Below, one piece after another: positions 1 through 13,002 of a stretch of DNA of 41,443 nt. The notes beneath the pieces are model-generated. The model did no database searches. It was not told where the DNA came from and saw only the letters and a list, made by a program, of their open reading frames with translations. Origin of the DNA: Octopus bimaculoides (Eukaryota); the NCBI RefSeq assembly GCF_001194135.2, contig NC_069000.1, positions 36,686,336 through 36,727,778 on the forward strand, in the 5' to 3' direction. Both the position numbers and the translations under genes were made by a program. How positions within the stretch are numbered: the stretch's first letter is position 1; the number at the start of each line of letters is the position of its first letter.

Positions 1-558
1 TGAAACAAATAGACAAAGTGAGAAAATCAGTCTTTTTTAATTTTTTGTTTTTGTTTGTTTTGTTTTGTTTGTTTTTTAAGCACTTGTTTCTTTCTTTTTC
101 CGTTTCTTTTTTTGTGGTACAGCAATTTTGTATTAAGTTGTTGGTGGTTTTGGTGTTGTTTAACCCTTGGTCATTTCCCTGATTAAGCAAGCCCATGATC
201 AAAGATATTCAAGCCTTGATCATCATACCTTTTTAGGCGTATTTTTTTTTTTTTTGCTTTATTTTTCTTGACCCCCTAGGACTCACAAGGCTGGTTACTT
301 GGTTGCAATGGCCTATAACTGACCAAGATCATAACGTTCCCCTTGAATGCTATAGTAGAAGACACTTGCCCAAGGTGCTACGCAGTGGGACTGAACCCAG
401 GACCATGTGGTTGGTAAGCAAGCTACTTACCACACAGCCACTCCTGTGCCTATATATGCAGAAAAGATATGGAATGCTTCATGAAATAGCATGTTGTCCT
501 TGCACAGGGCCACGAAGGGCAAAGTAAACCCTGACAAGATTTGAAATAAGAGCATTAA

Positions 559-780
559 CCCTTTCATTACCATATTTCTGTTGAAATATACTATCTTTTT
601 TTTCAATTAATTTCAAAAATATTAATAGAATTATTAAAGTAACTCTGACATTATTCAGCTGGGATTTGGAAAATAAATTAACATGAAATTTTAATGGAAA
701 TTTTAATTTAGATTACTTTAAAATGGGAAGTTTGTATCATAGGACCAAGGGCAGCTTCAGGCGGGTTGGTATCTGAAGTG
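559..780 (+). mobile_element. piggyBac-type MITE (family with TTAA-CCCTTT ends)
   Basis: TTAA on both sides; homologous to the copies at 32223, 34633 and 35908. Confidence 0.7.
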
Positions 781-1443
781 TTAACCCTACAGGTACCAGA
801 AATGCTAGAGCTAGAAGAAATGCCACTAAGTATTTTGTCCAGCATGCTAACAATTCCACCAGCTTCCCACCATTTTTTTCAGGAATATGTAGGACTATGA
901 TATGTAATAGTGTGGAGGTGCACATCTTAGTATTTAGGATATTGGACTCTTGGTCGTAAGATTGTGGTTCCAATTCCTGAACTGGGCGACGTGTAGTGTT
1001 CTTTAGCAAAACACTTCATTTCACATTACACAGCTGGTAAAAACGAGTTATCCTGTGATGGACTGGCATCCCGTCCAGGGGATGACTGTATATGCCAGAG
1101 AAACCAGGGAAGCTGGCCTTTTACTCCTTATGGAGTAATGTAGATGAATGAGTATGTAATATGTCCCTTACCTTTATCTGTTGTTTAACCTCATGTCAGC
1201 TCTGATATGCCAGACATGATCAGAGGTATTCTGGCCACATTAATCACATTATTCCATGACCACAGTACTTATCATTTCCTTTTCTAAGATGGGAGGGTGT
1301 CATTTGAAGGAATTTGACTACTGTAGAGAGTACTTCATTAGAGCCTGTCCTTTTTGTATTCGCAATAGTAAAGTATATGGAATTTTGGGATATTTGGCAA
1401 TTACAGTGGGTTTTGCTAATACATACATATCTTTATATATATA

Positions 1444-2137
1444 GTGAATACCCGTCAGAGTGTAAGTATCTTGAGAGAAAAGCTGAACATTAGAAGCATC
1501 AGTTGTGGCGTGCAAGAGAGACGATTGCGCTGGTATGGACATGTGGTGAGAATGGAGGAGGATAGCTGCGTGAAAAAGTGCCACACCCTAACAGTTGAGG
1601 GAACCCGTGGAAGAGGTAGGCCCAGGAAGACCTGGGCTGAGGTGGTGAGGCAAGACCTTCGTACATTGGGCCTCACTGAGGCGATGACTACGGACCGAGA
1701 CCTTTGGAAATGGGCTGTGCGTGAGAAGACCCGGCAAGCCAAGTAAGATNNNNNNNNNNNNNNNNNNNNNNNNNNNNNNNNNNNNNNNNNNNNNNNNNNN
1801 NNNNNNNNNNNNNNNNNNNNNNNNNNNNNNNNNNNNNNNNNNNNNNNNNNNNNNNNNNNNNNNNNNNNNNNNNNNNNNNNNNNNNNNNNNNNNNNNNGGG
1901 TGGCACATAAAAGACACCATTTCGAGCGTGGCCGTTTTCGTGCGGGTGACACGTAAAAGCACCCACTACACTCTCTGAGTGGTTGGCGTTAGGAAGGGCA
2001 TCCAGCTGTAGAAACTCTGCCAAATCAGACTGGAGCCTGGTGTTGCCATCCGGTTTCACCAGTCCTCAGTCAAATCGTCCAACCCATGCTAGCATGGAAA
2101 GCGGACGTTAAACGATGATGATGATGATGATGATGAT
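1444..2137 (+). mobile_element. RTE-clade LINE, 3' end (ORF C-terminus, 3' UTR and (GAT)n tail), relatively intact, contains an N-gap
   Basis: Translation RRLRWYGHVVRM...GRGRPRKTW...DRDLWK is the typical RTE C-terminus; tail at 2114-2137. Confidence 0.92.
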
Positions 2138-2168
2138 ATATATATATACACACACACATATGCATACA

Positions 2169-2358
2169 CAGGGTTATTCAACTATCTCTTTCACATTCAT
2201 ATATTAACTGTTTAGATCTTAATTATAAAAAAATATGAAACCATTATTCTATGCTAATTTAGTTAATTGTAAGATAGAAATTTGAATTTAATAAAATGTA
2301 TTGAAAGAAATTTAAAGTGCCTACGTGATAACTGTAAACCTACTTTTGGACAGCCCTG
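2169..2358. mobile_element. Tc1/mariner-type MITE
   Basis: Imperfect TIRs CAGGGTTATTCAA / TTGGACAGCCCTG inside a TA/CA microsatellite. Confidence 0.6.
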
Positions 2359-3062
2359 TGTGTGTATGTATGTATGTATGTATATATATATATATTAGTC
2401 AAAACAGTCAGGCTGGTGAGAATCCAAATGATTCAGATTCTCACTAGCCTGACAAGAAAGGCTCTGTTAGGGCCTTCAAAGCTTGAAGTAGCATGGAATT
2501 TGAATCAGACTGTTTTGAACAATACATCTAACACCCAGTAAACGTGTTAAGTGCCCTTTCTTTTGTTTGTCCACTCACTCAAGTATACTCTTCTTCTTCT
2601 TCTTCTTGTACTCATCATCATCATTATTATTATTATTACACAATTAGAAGAGGATGATATATATTACATTTTCCATTTTGAACCTGAAGAAAACAGAAAT
2701 AATGTCGACCTCAGCGGAATTTGAACTCAGAACATAAAGACGAGTGAGATGCAGCTTAGCATTTCACCTGGTGTGCTAATGTGCTAATGGTTCTGCCAGC
2801 TCACCAATAATGATAATAATAATAATCTTTTCTACTGGAAGCACAAGGCCTCAAATTTGGGGGAAGAGATTAAGTCAATTACATCGACACCAGTGTGTAA
2901 CTGGTACTTAATTTATTGACCCCGAAAGGATGAAAGGCAAAGTCAACCCCGATGGCATTTGAACTCAGAACGTGAAGACAGATGAAATACCGCTAAGCAT
3001 TTTGCCCGGTGGGCTAACGATTCTGCCAGCTTGCCACCTTAATTATAATTATGATAATTATG

Positions 3063-3106
<44 letters not shown>

Positions 3107-3452
3107 TTCAAATTTTTTGCAGAAGGCAAAATTTTAGGGATTTACATCAGCCCCCAGGTCTTGAATTGTACTTATATTTTATGACCCNNNNNNNNNNNNN
3201 NNNNNNNNNNNNNNNNNNNNNNNNNNNNNNNNNNNNNNNNNNNNNNNNNNNNNNNNNNNNNNNNNNNNNNNNNNNNNNNNNNNNNNNNNNNNNNNNNNNN
3301 NNNNNNNNNNNNNNNNNNNNNNNNNNNNNNNNNNNNNNNNNNNNNNNNNNNNNNNNNNNNNNNNNNNNNNNNNNNNNNNNNNNNNNNNNNNNNNNNNNNN
3401 NNNNNNNNNNNNNNNNNNNNNNNNNNNNNNNNNNNNNNNNNNNNNAATAACA

Positions 3453-3842
3453 GGCGCAGGAGTGGCTGTGTGGTAAGTAGCTTGCTTACCAACCATATGG
3501 TTCCGGGTTCATTCCCACTGCGTGGCACCTTGGGCAAGTGTCTTCTACTATAGCCCCAGGCCGACCAAAGCCTTGTGAGTGGATTTGGTAGACGGAAACT
3601 GAAAGAAGCCTGTCGTATATATGTATGTATGTGTGTGTATATGTTTGTGTCTGTGTTTGTCCCCACCAACATCGCTTGACAACCGATGGTGGTGTTTACG
3701 TCCACGTAACTTAGCGGTTCGGCAAAGAGACCGATAGAATAAGTACTAGGCTTCCAAAGAATAAGTCCTGAGGTCGATTTGCTCGACTAAAGGTGGTACT
3801 CCAGCATGGCCGCAGTCAAATGACTGTAACAAGTAAAAGAGT
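3453..3842 (+). repeat. tRNA-derived SINE family A, full length
   Basis: A-box TGGCTGTGTGG, B-box-like GGTTCATTCCC, shared 3' part ending CAAGTAAAAGAGT; many copies in the window. Confidence 0.88.
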
Positions 3843-4084
3843 AACAATCTTAGAAAGCAAAACTATGCAGATGAAAGATATACATCATGAAGGCTGTAGA
3901 TGTTTTCCATGTTGTGACGGGATTTAAATGGATGTACCATATTTGATGGCATAAAAGATACCTGGACATTTAAGATGCATTCAGATTTCAGCAGCACATA
4001 TTCAGGATAAAAATAGCTTTTAGCTCATTGAAGCGTGTAATACTTACAGCAACTCAGTACTGCTCCCCCATCCCAGTTAAGCGG

Positions 4085-4430
4085 GGGCAGTTCTCTTGCA
4101 AAGTACTTGGTGACCCTGTCAGTGCTGTGCTGGTGCTATGTAAAATGCACTGGTATTGGTGCCACATAAAAAGTACCGGTGCTGGTCCACTGTAAAGCAC
4201 ATTGGTTCTGATGTTGTGTCAAAGGCACTGGTCTTGGTTCCACATAAAAAGCATGTGAAAAGTACCCAGTACACTCTGTAAGTGGTTGGCATTACGAAGG
4301 GCCATCCAACTGTAGAAACCATGCCAAAACAGGCAAACCTGGTTAAGCTCCCAGCCTTGACAGCTGTTGACAAATCATCCGACCCATGCCAGCATGGAAA
4401 AGGGATGTTAAGTGATGATGATGATGATGA
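4085..4430 (+). repeat. Repeat family C sharing the RTE 3' UTR and (GAT)n tail
   Basis: GTGGTTGGCATTA.GAAGGGC.ATCCA.CTGTAGAAAC...CCCATGCCAGCATGGAAA..GTTAA-(GAT)n, the same tail as the RTE at 1898-2137. Other copies near 7900-8040, 11290-11480, 12797-12962, 29985-30340(-), 38040-38240, 38590-38960(-) and 40090-40340(-). Confidence 0.8.
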
Positions 4431-4886
4431 CGACAAGGATGGTAAACTTCACGTATAGAACACAGGATCTTTTTTAGACATTTTGTTGGAAAAGAAAGTG
4501 TGTTTTATATACCATCCAATATGGTATTTTAAATATTGGAAGGTGTTAGGTCAGTGCTTTCTTGACCTTGCCAGTACCAGTAGAATATGGTGACGACAAA
4601 AACAATAAAGTGTGAGTTCTATATTTAAGAGATGAGGAATTATGTACATTATTTACATTTGACGGATATTTGTCCTCAAACAAGTCCAGGACAAATATCT
4701 GTCAAAAATGTAAATAATGTAAATAATGAACAAAGTGTATATACTTTACAATATTTAGTTTTGTATCTCTATTTTTCCAAGTTGAAACCCTATCAATCTC
4801 AGGTCTGCAAATACTAGTGTTGATTTCATTGATTATATCCTTTATCCGTGATTTTGTATCTTAGTGCCATTGTTAGAAATCAATAA

Positions 4887-5185
4887 ATAGAGGTAACTCG
4901 AATGTGGAATCTAAAAACAGAAACAATTCCTATCATAGTAGGTGCCTTAGGTATAATAAAAAAATATTCAGACAAATACATAACAAAAACACCAGGACTT
5001 ACAAATATATATAACATACAGAAAATTTCACTACTGGGCACTGCACACATCCTACGCAAAACGCTTTCAATACAGTAACCATAAGAGCATCACAGCAAAC
5101 CACATACCCAAGGCACACAGAGCTGCGCTCGGTAGTGAAGTGAAAGCACGTTATAAAAATAAAACTACTGAATAATAATAATAAT
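4887..5185 (+). mobile_element. 3' end of an R4/NeSL-like (restriction-like endonuclease) non-LTR retrotransposon with (AAT)n tail
   Basis: 4887-5078 translates IEVTRMWNLKTETIPIIVGALG...IQKISLLGTAHILRKTLSIQ*, the typical RLE C-terminus. Confidence 0.82.
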
Positions 5186-5261
5186 ACAGTGAGTGATCTG
5201 ATGTTTTTGGATAACTTGTAAAATATATTTTCTTGTTTTTTTCCTTCTTCTTCTCTCACAG

Positions 5262-5986
5262 GTTCATCCCATCATGTAGTCCCCATTAAAAAATTAGGCA
5301 CATTGGCATTAAAACCAAATGGATTTAACGACTCCAGGGCACCCCTGAAAGTTAATCACCGAATGACCAAAGAACCATCTCCACCATTCAATTTAGTTTC
5401 CAGCCCCTTGACTTCTAAACCAGTTTTCAGCAAAACCAACTGCCCAATCAACTGTAAAACAAATGAGAGCCTAAAACCACCACAGAAGATAGTCACGGAA
5501 ACAACAAAGAATTCTTCACCGACTGAAAAACTCTCTGATGTCCTGAATACTTCGCAACCCACTTTGACTGACACAGCTTCAAAATCTGCACCAATGCCTG
5601 CTGCCACATCTACATCTGCAGCAGGTGCAGCTACTGCTTCTGGTGGTGCTGGTGCTGGCTGTCAGCTAGCATCAAATCCAAATGTAGAGACATTACACAA
5701 ATCAACACCTGTTTGTAACAATTTTGACGTCAGTGCCAACCCTGTTATTTCTAATGGTAGTCTAATGTGGGAAAAAGATTCCTCGGTTATTTCTCAACTA
5801 TCCTCGTTCTTCAAAAATTGCCATCTTCAAGATAATTACTCGCAAGGTTCAGTTTGCCCTTCACAGCAAATCAGGACAGAATTGTATCCTCCAAAGTCTT
5901 ACTCAGTGGCATATCAGACACCAATCTCAGAATCAAGCCCCACCACTCAAAGGGATAGGTTACATCTTACACTTTTCTTGCATTAA
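5262..5986 (+). CDS. Terminal coding exon of an unidentified plus-strand gene (Ser/Thr/Pro-rich, ends RDRLHLTLFLH*); upstream exons not located
   Basis: Long polypyrimidine tract and CAG acceptor at 5260-5261. Frame is open from 5264 to TAA at 5984-5986 (240 sense codons), far longer than background. Higher GC than the flanks; followed by a repeat-free AT-rich UTR-like stretch. Confidence 0.8.
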
Positions 5987-6720
5987 CAAAAATATGAAAT
6001 TTTAATAATTTTTATGATTTTATTTTATTTTTCATTTTTACTCTTAACACTTTTTTTCAAAGATTTCTTCATTTAGTTTTAGTCCTTTTCTCCCGTATTT
6101 TTCTAGCATAACAAGAAAAAGGAAATTTAGGTTGGGATTTTTTATAGTTGAAAAAAAAAAAAAAAAAAAAAAAAAAAACTACTGCTTTGAGTTAATGTCT
6201 ATTTATTCATATAAAGTCTTGTGTATGTATATGTATTTAATATATTTTCAACATGCATGTTTTTAACACATACACATTAATTGATATTTAGCTGTCTGAA
6301 ACTCACTATTTTGACTGATTAAAAAGAGTAACATTTATTATATACATTGTAGAAAATTTTACATTACAAAAACAAGATATATATTATATATAACATGAAT
6401 GAATTTATAGTTTCATATTTAGACTTGTTTATTCTCCTATAATAGAGAAAATACACACATATATACACACATATACTAGATTTTGTTCATATGTATTAAG
6501 CCATTCATATTAAGTTGTTGCTTTTGATTTAGATATTTTTTCTAGATATTTTTTATATTCCTCTCTGACTCAGCTATTTTATAATATATATTTGTTGATA
6601 TCCAAAAGTGAATTTTTAGTATAAGCAATACAAGATATTAACTATTGCTTTATCCTATTGTGGGTTTTTTTTCCCCTTAAACATTTTTCTACTTCTAAAT
6701 GTTTTCACTGCTATTTCTAT

Positions 6721-6726
6721 AATAAA
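6721..6726 (+). terminator. Candidate AATAAA poly(A) signal of the plus-strand gene
   Basis: AATAAA about 735 nt after the stop codon, within the repeat-free AT-rich region. Confidence 0.45.
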
Positions 6727-8599
6727 CCTTTAAGAATGTTAATATTCGACGCATCATTAATTCTATATCACATAGTTTTCTGAGTATGTTAACATCTTTT
6801 TTTCTAATCAACATAGTCACAGACATTTATATTATACATTTTAAATACTATATAATATGTTTTAAAATATAAGCATTATTGATTATGATAAATATTTTCA
6901 AATTGTTCCACACTTTTCATTGATATCTTCTTATTTTAGATTACACATTGGTCATATAAACATATAAATATATATATATATATATGTACATATATATAAA
7001 CTTTCAAACTTATTTATTACAGCTTTCAGGTAAATTCTTTGTAAATTACCTTGCATGTGAAGGAAAGCTTTTCTTTAAAAATTACTTTTTTATATGTATA
7101 CCTTCTTTAGATTTAAGCTATATATCTGTATGCATGTACTTATGAATGTATGTTTTAATAATTTCCATCATCATTTAATGTCCACTTTTCCAGGCTTGCA
7201 TGGGTCAGATGGAATTTGTTGAGGCAGATTTTCTACAGCTGGATGCCCTTCCTGTCACCAATTTTCACCTGTTTTCAATTAAGATAATATTTCTCCAACG
7301 CCAGACATGTTTTTTCGTGGAAGATGAGAAACAAACAACATTGCTCAAGTGATGTTGATGATGATCATCATCATTTACAGCTATCATAGACAAGGGTATT
7401 TACACATGCAGACAGACATACACGTGTGTATGTGTGTGTGATGGGCTTCTTTCAGTTTCTATCTACCAAATCCTCTCACAAGGCTTTGGTCAGTGTGGGG
7501 CTCATGCAGTGGGACTGAAACCAAGACCACATGGTTGGGAAGCAAACTTTTCAACCACACAGCCTTGCCTGTGCCTAAATATTTATATATGTATGTGTAT
7601 AAACATACATGTGTATATGATATATGTGTATGTATGTTTGTGTATATATACACGTGTGTATAGTCACGGGCATTGTTCAGAAGCTTGCTTCCAAACCACA
7701 TAGTTTTTGTTAAAGTCTCGCTGCATAGCATCTTGGGCAGCTGCTGTCTGTTATGACCCTAGGCTGAGCAAAATCCTGTGAGTGGATTTGGTAGATGGAA
7801 ACTGAAAGAATCACATCATATAGATCTTTGTATGTATATGTATTGCATACAAGCAGTATCATTCGTTTCCAGTATTCTGCAAAAGCATGTCTGGACTTTA
7901 GGGGGAAATATGACCTGACTTTGCTTGGAAGCAGGTGGGGGTTGGCGACAGGAATGGCATCTGGCTGTAGAATGTCTGCTTCGATAAACTTTGTTCAACC
8001 CATGTAAGCATGGAAAGGTGGGCATTAAAATGATGATGGTGTGTGAGTGTTTGGTAATTCAGTGAGCTGGTGATGCATTTCATCAAGCAACTAAATCCTT
8101 ACCACTGAAACTGACAGCTGTACTTCCTTATATGGAACTGTATGTATGTAGGTGTAGGCATGGATGTGTGGTAAAAGAGTTTGTTTCCCAACCACATGGT
8201 TTTGGGTTCAATCCCATTGTGTGGCACCTTGGGCATCTTCTACAATAACCTAAGAGACTTGTGAGTGGATTTGATAGATAGAAGCTGAAAAAAGCCTGTC
8301 ATGTATGTGTGTTTGTGTCTCATTGTCTCAACATTTGATTGTTGTAAACGATTGTCATTCATTTCAATATTCTATGAAAACATATCTGGCCATGGGGAAA
8401 TGTTACTTTGCTTGGAAACTAAGTGAGGCTTGATGACAGGAAGTGCATCCAGCCATAGAAAATGTGTCACAATATAATTCTGTCTGACCCATTCGAGCAT
8501 AGAAAAAGCGGATGTTAAAACAATGAGTGTGTGTGTATATACCCAGTGACTGGCATATCAGTGTCATCATAAATTACCACAAAAGCAAAAGAGATATCT

Positions 8600-9460
8600 T
8601 AGAGTGAAACAACAACAGAGAGATCAAACTATTGGATCAGGTTATAAAGTCATGGAGAGAGTCTTAGCATAATTGATCGATGACAGAATAGACCTAGACG
8701 AGATGCAGTTTGACTTTGTGCCCAAAAGTGGTACCACATATACAGTCTTCCTAGTGAGGTAACTGCAGGAAAAAATACCTGGCTAAGAAATAAAACATTA
8801 TTCCTGGCTTTTGTTGATTTTGTGAAAACGTTTGGTAGGGTACCACGATTAGTAATTTGATGGTCCCTAAGGAAACTAGTTGTAGATTAAGGGCTTGTGA
8901 GGGCTGTACAAGCTATGTATAAAGATGCAATAAGAGAGATAACAACTTTGATTTTGAATTTAACATGAAGGTGGAAGTTCATCAAAGCTCAGTCTTCAGT
9001 TCTTCCCTATTCAATTTAGTCCTTCATATCTGCACAGTGGAGTTTTTATAAATGACTCCCTTACATACTGATGATCTAGATCTCGTAGCTGAATCTACAG
9101 GAGAAATAAGAGACATTCCAGGTGTGTAAGCTAAACCTAGAGAATCAGGAGGTCTTTAGGCACTTTTAGCAAAGATAAAGATTTTAGTAAGCAGGAAAGA
9201 AGACAGGACCCTGGTACCTTTGTGGAAATGGCCTTGCTCAATATGCATAAAAGGTGTAAGTATAAAGTCCATATGCTATACCCAGTGTAAGCTATGGACA
9301 CACTAGATATGTAGTGGAATCACAGGCAGACTAACAGGGAACATTCGTATGTGATAGATGCACTGGAGCAGTTCATACCATGAGCACGCCAGAAATATAT
9401 TCTCTTAAATGCCTGGATGGCTCACTAGAAATAGTTGATTGCTTTTGTTTCTTAGACTTG
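8600..9460 (+). mobile_element. Degenerate RTE LINE reverse-transcriptase fragment
   Basis: Stop- and frameshift-interrupted EMQFDFVP..GTT..LQEK..AFVDF.K.FGRVPR, VHQSS, YTDDL, then WPCSIC..TQCKLWTH. Confidence 0.88.
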
Positions 9461-9504
9461 ATATAACATACCTGATAAGTACAATAATAATCAAGGGAAA
9501 AAAC

Positions 9505-9690
9505 AAATGTCAAAAGTTTGTATGATGATTTGTTGTGTAAGAAAGGTGGCGCTTCTAATGAAAAATCTTTTCTGGGCTAGAAATGGTTGGTTTGAAAGAT
9601 TTAAAGAAGCACTTGAATTTACAAAACATATAAATAACTGGTAAAGCTGCCAGTGCTGATATGGATGCTGCTACTGGTTATCCTGATGAC
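9505..9690 (+). mobile_element. Tigger/pogo (CENP-B family) transposase fragment
   Basis: Frameshifted KSLYDDL..GWFERFK..ITGKAASADMDAA, matching the GWF.RFK and GE.ASAD motifs. Confidence 0.7.
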
Positions 9691-10351
9691 AGTTGTGTAT
9701 ACATGTTTCTGCTTCAATGTGCGTCATCAGCACGGTTGTCCTACCCTTATCTCCAGCAGCCAAGGGAATTAGACATATACAAGAAGAGTAGAACATACTT
9801 ATAGCCTTGGTACTTTGCATAAATGAAACAAAAATGAGCCAAAAGAAATAACTCTAAATGGGCCTGTAGCATGTATATGAACAACATAGACAAATACAGG
9901 TATATCACTACCTGTATTGTACCATACAACATAAGTTCTTGATGTTTTAAATAATTATCCATGCCACAATTACTAGCTGGCAATTGAGACCATATTTCAT
10001 ATGAGAAGGGGAGACAATTTCAAGAATCAACAATTCTCCAAAGTTGATATGCCATTAAAGAAAAATACTTCATATATCTAACAGTTAGCTCTTATATATT
10101 GGAGGCAACAAATTTGGTCTAAGTATCTCTGGCTCTGAGTTCACGTCATTGACAAGGCTCAAGAAAGCTAAAATGAATTTCATGTTCTTGCTAGCCATTG
10201 CCAGGAAGATTTTTTTGTCTCCCTTCGATATATGTTGTTTTTGACGCAGCACAGATTTTAATCTCAGAGGTAAACTGCAGAATCTTGCATGTCAGTGGTG
10301 TATATCCCTTAAGTATGATATTTGGATGGTGTGTATGTATACTCTATCTTT

Positions 10352-10707
10352 TTCTCTTTTACTTTATCAGTCATTTGACTGTGGCCATGCTGGAGCACCG
10401 TCTTTAGTCGAGCAAATCGACCCGAGGACTTACTCTTTGGAAGCCTAGTACTTATTCTATCGGTCTCTTTTGCCGAACCGCTAAGTTACGGGGACGTAAA
10501 CACACCAGCATCGGTTGTCAAGGGATGTTGAGGAGACAAACACATATACACACACATACATATACATATATGACGGGCTTCTTTCAGTTTCCGTCTACCA
10601 AATCCTCTCACAAGGCTTTGGTTGGCCCAAGGCTATAATAGACAACACTTGCCCAAGGTGCCACGCAGTGGGACTGAACCCGGTACCATGTGGTTCGTAA
10701 GCAAGTT
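10352..10707 (-). repeat. SINE family A
   Basis: Reverse complement of the 3453 and 13003 copies. Confidence 0.88.
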
Positions 10708-10722
10708 ACTTACCACATACAC

Positions 10723-10829
<107 letters not shown>

Positions 10830-13002
10830 CATACATACACACACACACACAGTTGGCCAGTAAACCAGCCCTGTAAATCTATATGACTCAGAAAGATGCA
10901 TTGCCCCCTACTTTTTCATCATTCACCTCTACCCCCATCCCTAACCACTTGTCGCTCTCCTCCCTCAATCCTATGAACTTGTTCATCCATAACTGATCCC
11001 CTGTCTATATTCTCCTTTATACTTGCCTTCTTGTACCTTGTGAGTAATTTCTGACACTTCATCACTAACATCTTTATCTTCTTTCTCACTACTCAGACAC
11101 ACACTCACTCTTATATAATCCAAGCTAGCCATATATTACTTCCAAAGCAAAACACCTGTACCTGTCTGTTTATTATGCTTAAGCCTCTCAACACCTTTTA
11201 TAAAACCAACTCCCTCTCTACTATAACCCCACTCAGTTGTAGGGACTTTGTCTATTGTTCTTTGTCCCCTAAGTTATTTTGCGACCTCACTAGTGCCAGT
11301 GTCACGAAAATAGCACCCAGAACACTTTCTGTAAAGTGATAGGCATTAGGAAAGGAATCCTGCCATAGAAACTATGTCAAAGCAGACACTGGAGTTCACT
11401 GCTGATTGACTGCCAGTTCACCTGGGTCCTTTCAAACCATTAAGTATGGAAGACAAATGTTAAATGATGGTGATAATGGAGGATGACAAAGATGATATGA
11501 TATATGTCTGTGTGTGTGTGTGTGTGTGTACTATATGCTTCTTTTCAGTTTCTGTTTGCCTCGTCTATTCATGAGGATTTGCTCAACCTGGCCTTATTGT
11601 AGAAGGCACTTTCCTAAGGGGTTATGCTGTGGGATTAAATCCAAAATGACATTGTAAAGGGAACTTTTTAGAACATGGCCATGCCTATATACATATCTAT
11701 ATATGTATGTATGTGCAGCTTTTTTCTTGTCAGACCGTCCAACCCATGCCAGCATGGAAAGCGGACGTTAAATGATGATGTATGTATGTATGTGTGTATG
11801 TATTTATAGGACTTGAGTTTATCCATTTGTTTTATTGTTTGAAATAATGACTTGTAACTCTCATATATATACTTCATGGGTTTTGGCAGTTTATTTGTAA
11901 CAATTCGTAGATGTTTTATATTTGAAATTTTCCAATTTGAACAAGTTTCCATCTATATAAAATATTAAAAAGAAAATGCATACGATAATCTTAAATTTGA
12001 CATTTATTTATTTTCTGCTAAATTTGCTATCTGATTTTACTATTTAATAACATTTACTGATATTTACTATTTTTTTATCCCAAACCAAAACTGATAACGA
12101 AAGCTTGATAATGGTTTTTTAAAAATTTCATAAGAATTTGTGACTTGGTGAGAAATATGTGCCTCAAAGCTGAAAAACTATTGGTGTATTTTGTTAAGTA
12201 AAAAAAAAAATTGAAAATTTATTGAAAATATTGTAATTTTGCCACTTAAATTTGTAAATTATCAGAAGATATAATCTGGTTTTGTATTTTTCTGTAATTT
12301 TTGCTCTTTAATCTGCTTTTAATTCTCCTGATGTGTCCTTTTCTTTTTTATAACTATTAATACTTTACATGCATTTGTGTGGCAAGTGGGTATTGCATAA
12401 AAATAACATGTCTCTTGTTTAATGCTCACTACTAAGCTAGACATTAAATAAACTCTCTTCTCCAAAGTACCATGAAAAAAATTCTCTAGATATATGTATG
12501 GTAACAGAGAGAGAAAGAGAGAGAGAGAGCATTTCAGACTGAATCTATTCCATTTATTGATTAAATGCATTTAGACATATGTGGGATATTTGAGTGTCAT
12601 GTTTGTTTTTATTGTGATGACAAATAAGATATTTCACTTTTTTTTTTTTTAATTTCTTCTTTCAAATTAAGATGTTGAATTTAAAAAAAAAATAACTGAA
12701 ACAAACTTTTTACAGCAGAATTCATTGTTTTGTTTTAGATTTCTTTTTTTTTTCTTCTGAGGTGTGAGAATTTCAATTCTAAATATATTATGTCTTACAG
12801 TCATCTCTACACTCTCGGAGTGGTTGGCGTTAAGAAGGGCATCCAGCTGTAGAAACTCTGCCAAATCAGATTGGAGCCTGGTGTCGCCTCCTGATCCATC
12901 AGTCCTCAGTCAAATTGTCCAACCCATGCTAGCATGGAAAGCAGACGTTAAACGAGGATGAACTTTGATTGAGACACATAACTTATTTAGAATAAATATA
13001 TA

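Noticed and set aside
4575-4611. 37-nt plus-strand microexon PVEYGDDKNNK with GTGAGT donor
   Set aside because: Its only open frame ends in phase 2 and cannot join the phase-1 terminal exon at 5262.
9790-10200. Possible second Helitron fragment (IVPYN)
   Set aside because: A single short motif with no supporting neighbours.
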